This document shows positions 63,059 through 64,000 of a DNA stretch of 64,000 bases, piece after piece. The DNA comes from Lingula anatina (lineage: Eukaryota > Animalia > Brachiopoda), in assembly GCA_051362555.1 (NCBI GenBank), contig CM120644.1:21660534-21724533 (forward strand), written 5' to 3'. Every line of letters begins with the position of its first letter. The first letter of the stretch is position 1. The notes beneath the pieces are model-generated. The model was not told where the DNA came from. It saw only the letters and a list, made by a program, of their open reading frames with translations, and ran no database searches. Both the position numbers and the translations under genes were made by a program.

Positions 63059-64000
63059 GTAGAGAGAGAACTTACATTACAACATTAAGATTCAGTGTCT
63101 TCAGAATGTACCTGTGGTCAAACCAAGTTTAAAAACTACGGTCGATCTAAATTATGTCAAGATAAACATCTCATATTATGGACAAAGTGTGCCAGCGTAA
63201 GGAGCACCAAGATGTCAAATAATGCAAAGCCTCTTATTACTTTCAGCAGAACGGATTGGATGATGACGTCATTCCAGAAAAATGGCTTGAGGAAATACGA
63301 AGAAGAAAAAAACTTGTGTCCGAGGCATGCGAGAAGTACAAATCTGTAAAAATACCTCTGACAAAAGAGTGGATTAAAGAAAACGGCGACCATCTCATCG
63401 TAGAAGACCAGTATAAAATCATATATTGCCGCGTACCTAAATCTGGGAACACAAGTTGGAAGCGCCTTTTGCTAGCACTGTCTGGCATTATAAACGATAC
63501 TTCTATGGCTCATGGCAAAAACGGATTTAACCCACGTGATTTGGTTAAAAAATATTTGCATACGTTGGATACACTGACGTTTTCGGAAGCAAAACAAAAA
63601 CTTGAGACTCACTTGAAAGTAATGTATTTGAGACATCCTTTGGAAAGATTACTTTCTGCATACCGTAATAAGTTGGAAAACAATCCTTGGACACATGAGG
63701 GTGTCTCATCGCAAGTGGTTCCATACGTTATGAGACACTATCGCGGTGTAGAACCCATTCTTCCCGTCAGTGTGAGCCAACGTCGTGGACGGATATCTGG
63801 CGTCCTTCCATCTGGAGAAGAGTTTAGTTTTCCAAAAGATGAACCGCCAAGTTGGGTACCAAAGATAACATTTGAAGAATTCCTTCGTTACGTTGGTGAC
63901 AACCCAAACTTTCTTAATGGTCATTGGGCGCCCCCAAACGATTTATGTCACCCATGTGTCATTCAATATGACGTCATAGGGTATTTTGGGACAATAAGCG
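61048..64000 (+). CDS. Carbohydrate sulfotransferase (CHST11/HNK-1ST-like), copy 3 (3' end beyond window)
   Basis: Exons 61048-61132, 61319-61443 and 63247->64000; open to the window end with RVPKSGNTSWK and RHPLERLLSAY intact. Confidence 0.92.
61972..62088 (-). mobile_element. tRNA-derived SINE (V-SINE-like core), truncated, in intron 2 of copy 3
   Basis: A box TGGTCTAGTGG and B box GGTTCAAATCT, followed by AAAACCGGTACCTGCTGTCTCCCCGCTTGGCA resembling the V-domain. Confidence 0.75.

Overview
AT-rich animal (probably marine invertebrate) genomic DNA; there is no sign of prokaryotic gene structure. The window has three zones. (1) About 1-26.4 kb is a dense patchwork of decayed transposon fragments: hAT/ZNF862-like, Harbinger nuclease and Myb, CACTA/DUF4806-like, RTE endonuclease, SGNH esterase, a PIN-like 'HEEGD' large-ORF family and a TGT..ACA-bounded element. 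Every coding fragment I could assign lies on the + strand. A CpG-rich promoter at ~29.5 kb with a spliced, apparently non-coding minus-strand transcript points into this zone, which makes it a candidate flamenco-like uni-strand piRNA cluster. (2) 30.8-35.8 kb holds a frame-consistent 9-exon + strand gene for an unrecognised ~389-aa coiled-coil protein with basic termini, arranged head-to-head with that transcript. (3) 42-64 kb holds three tandem 3-exon carbohydrate sulfotransferase genes (CHST11/HNK-1ST-like, Sulfotransfer_2); the third is truncated by the window end. Copy 1 carries a young Penelope-like retroelement in intron 2, with inverted pseudo-LTRs, a 13-bp TSD and minimal hammerhead ribozyme motifs. 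All calls are from manual reading; no database search was run.
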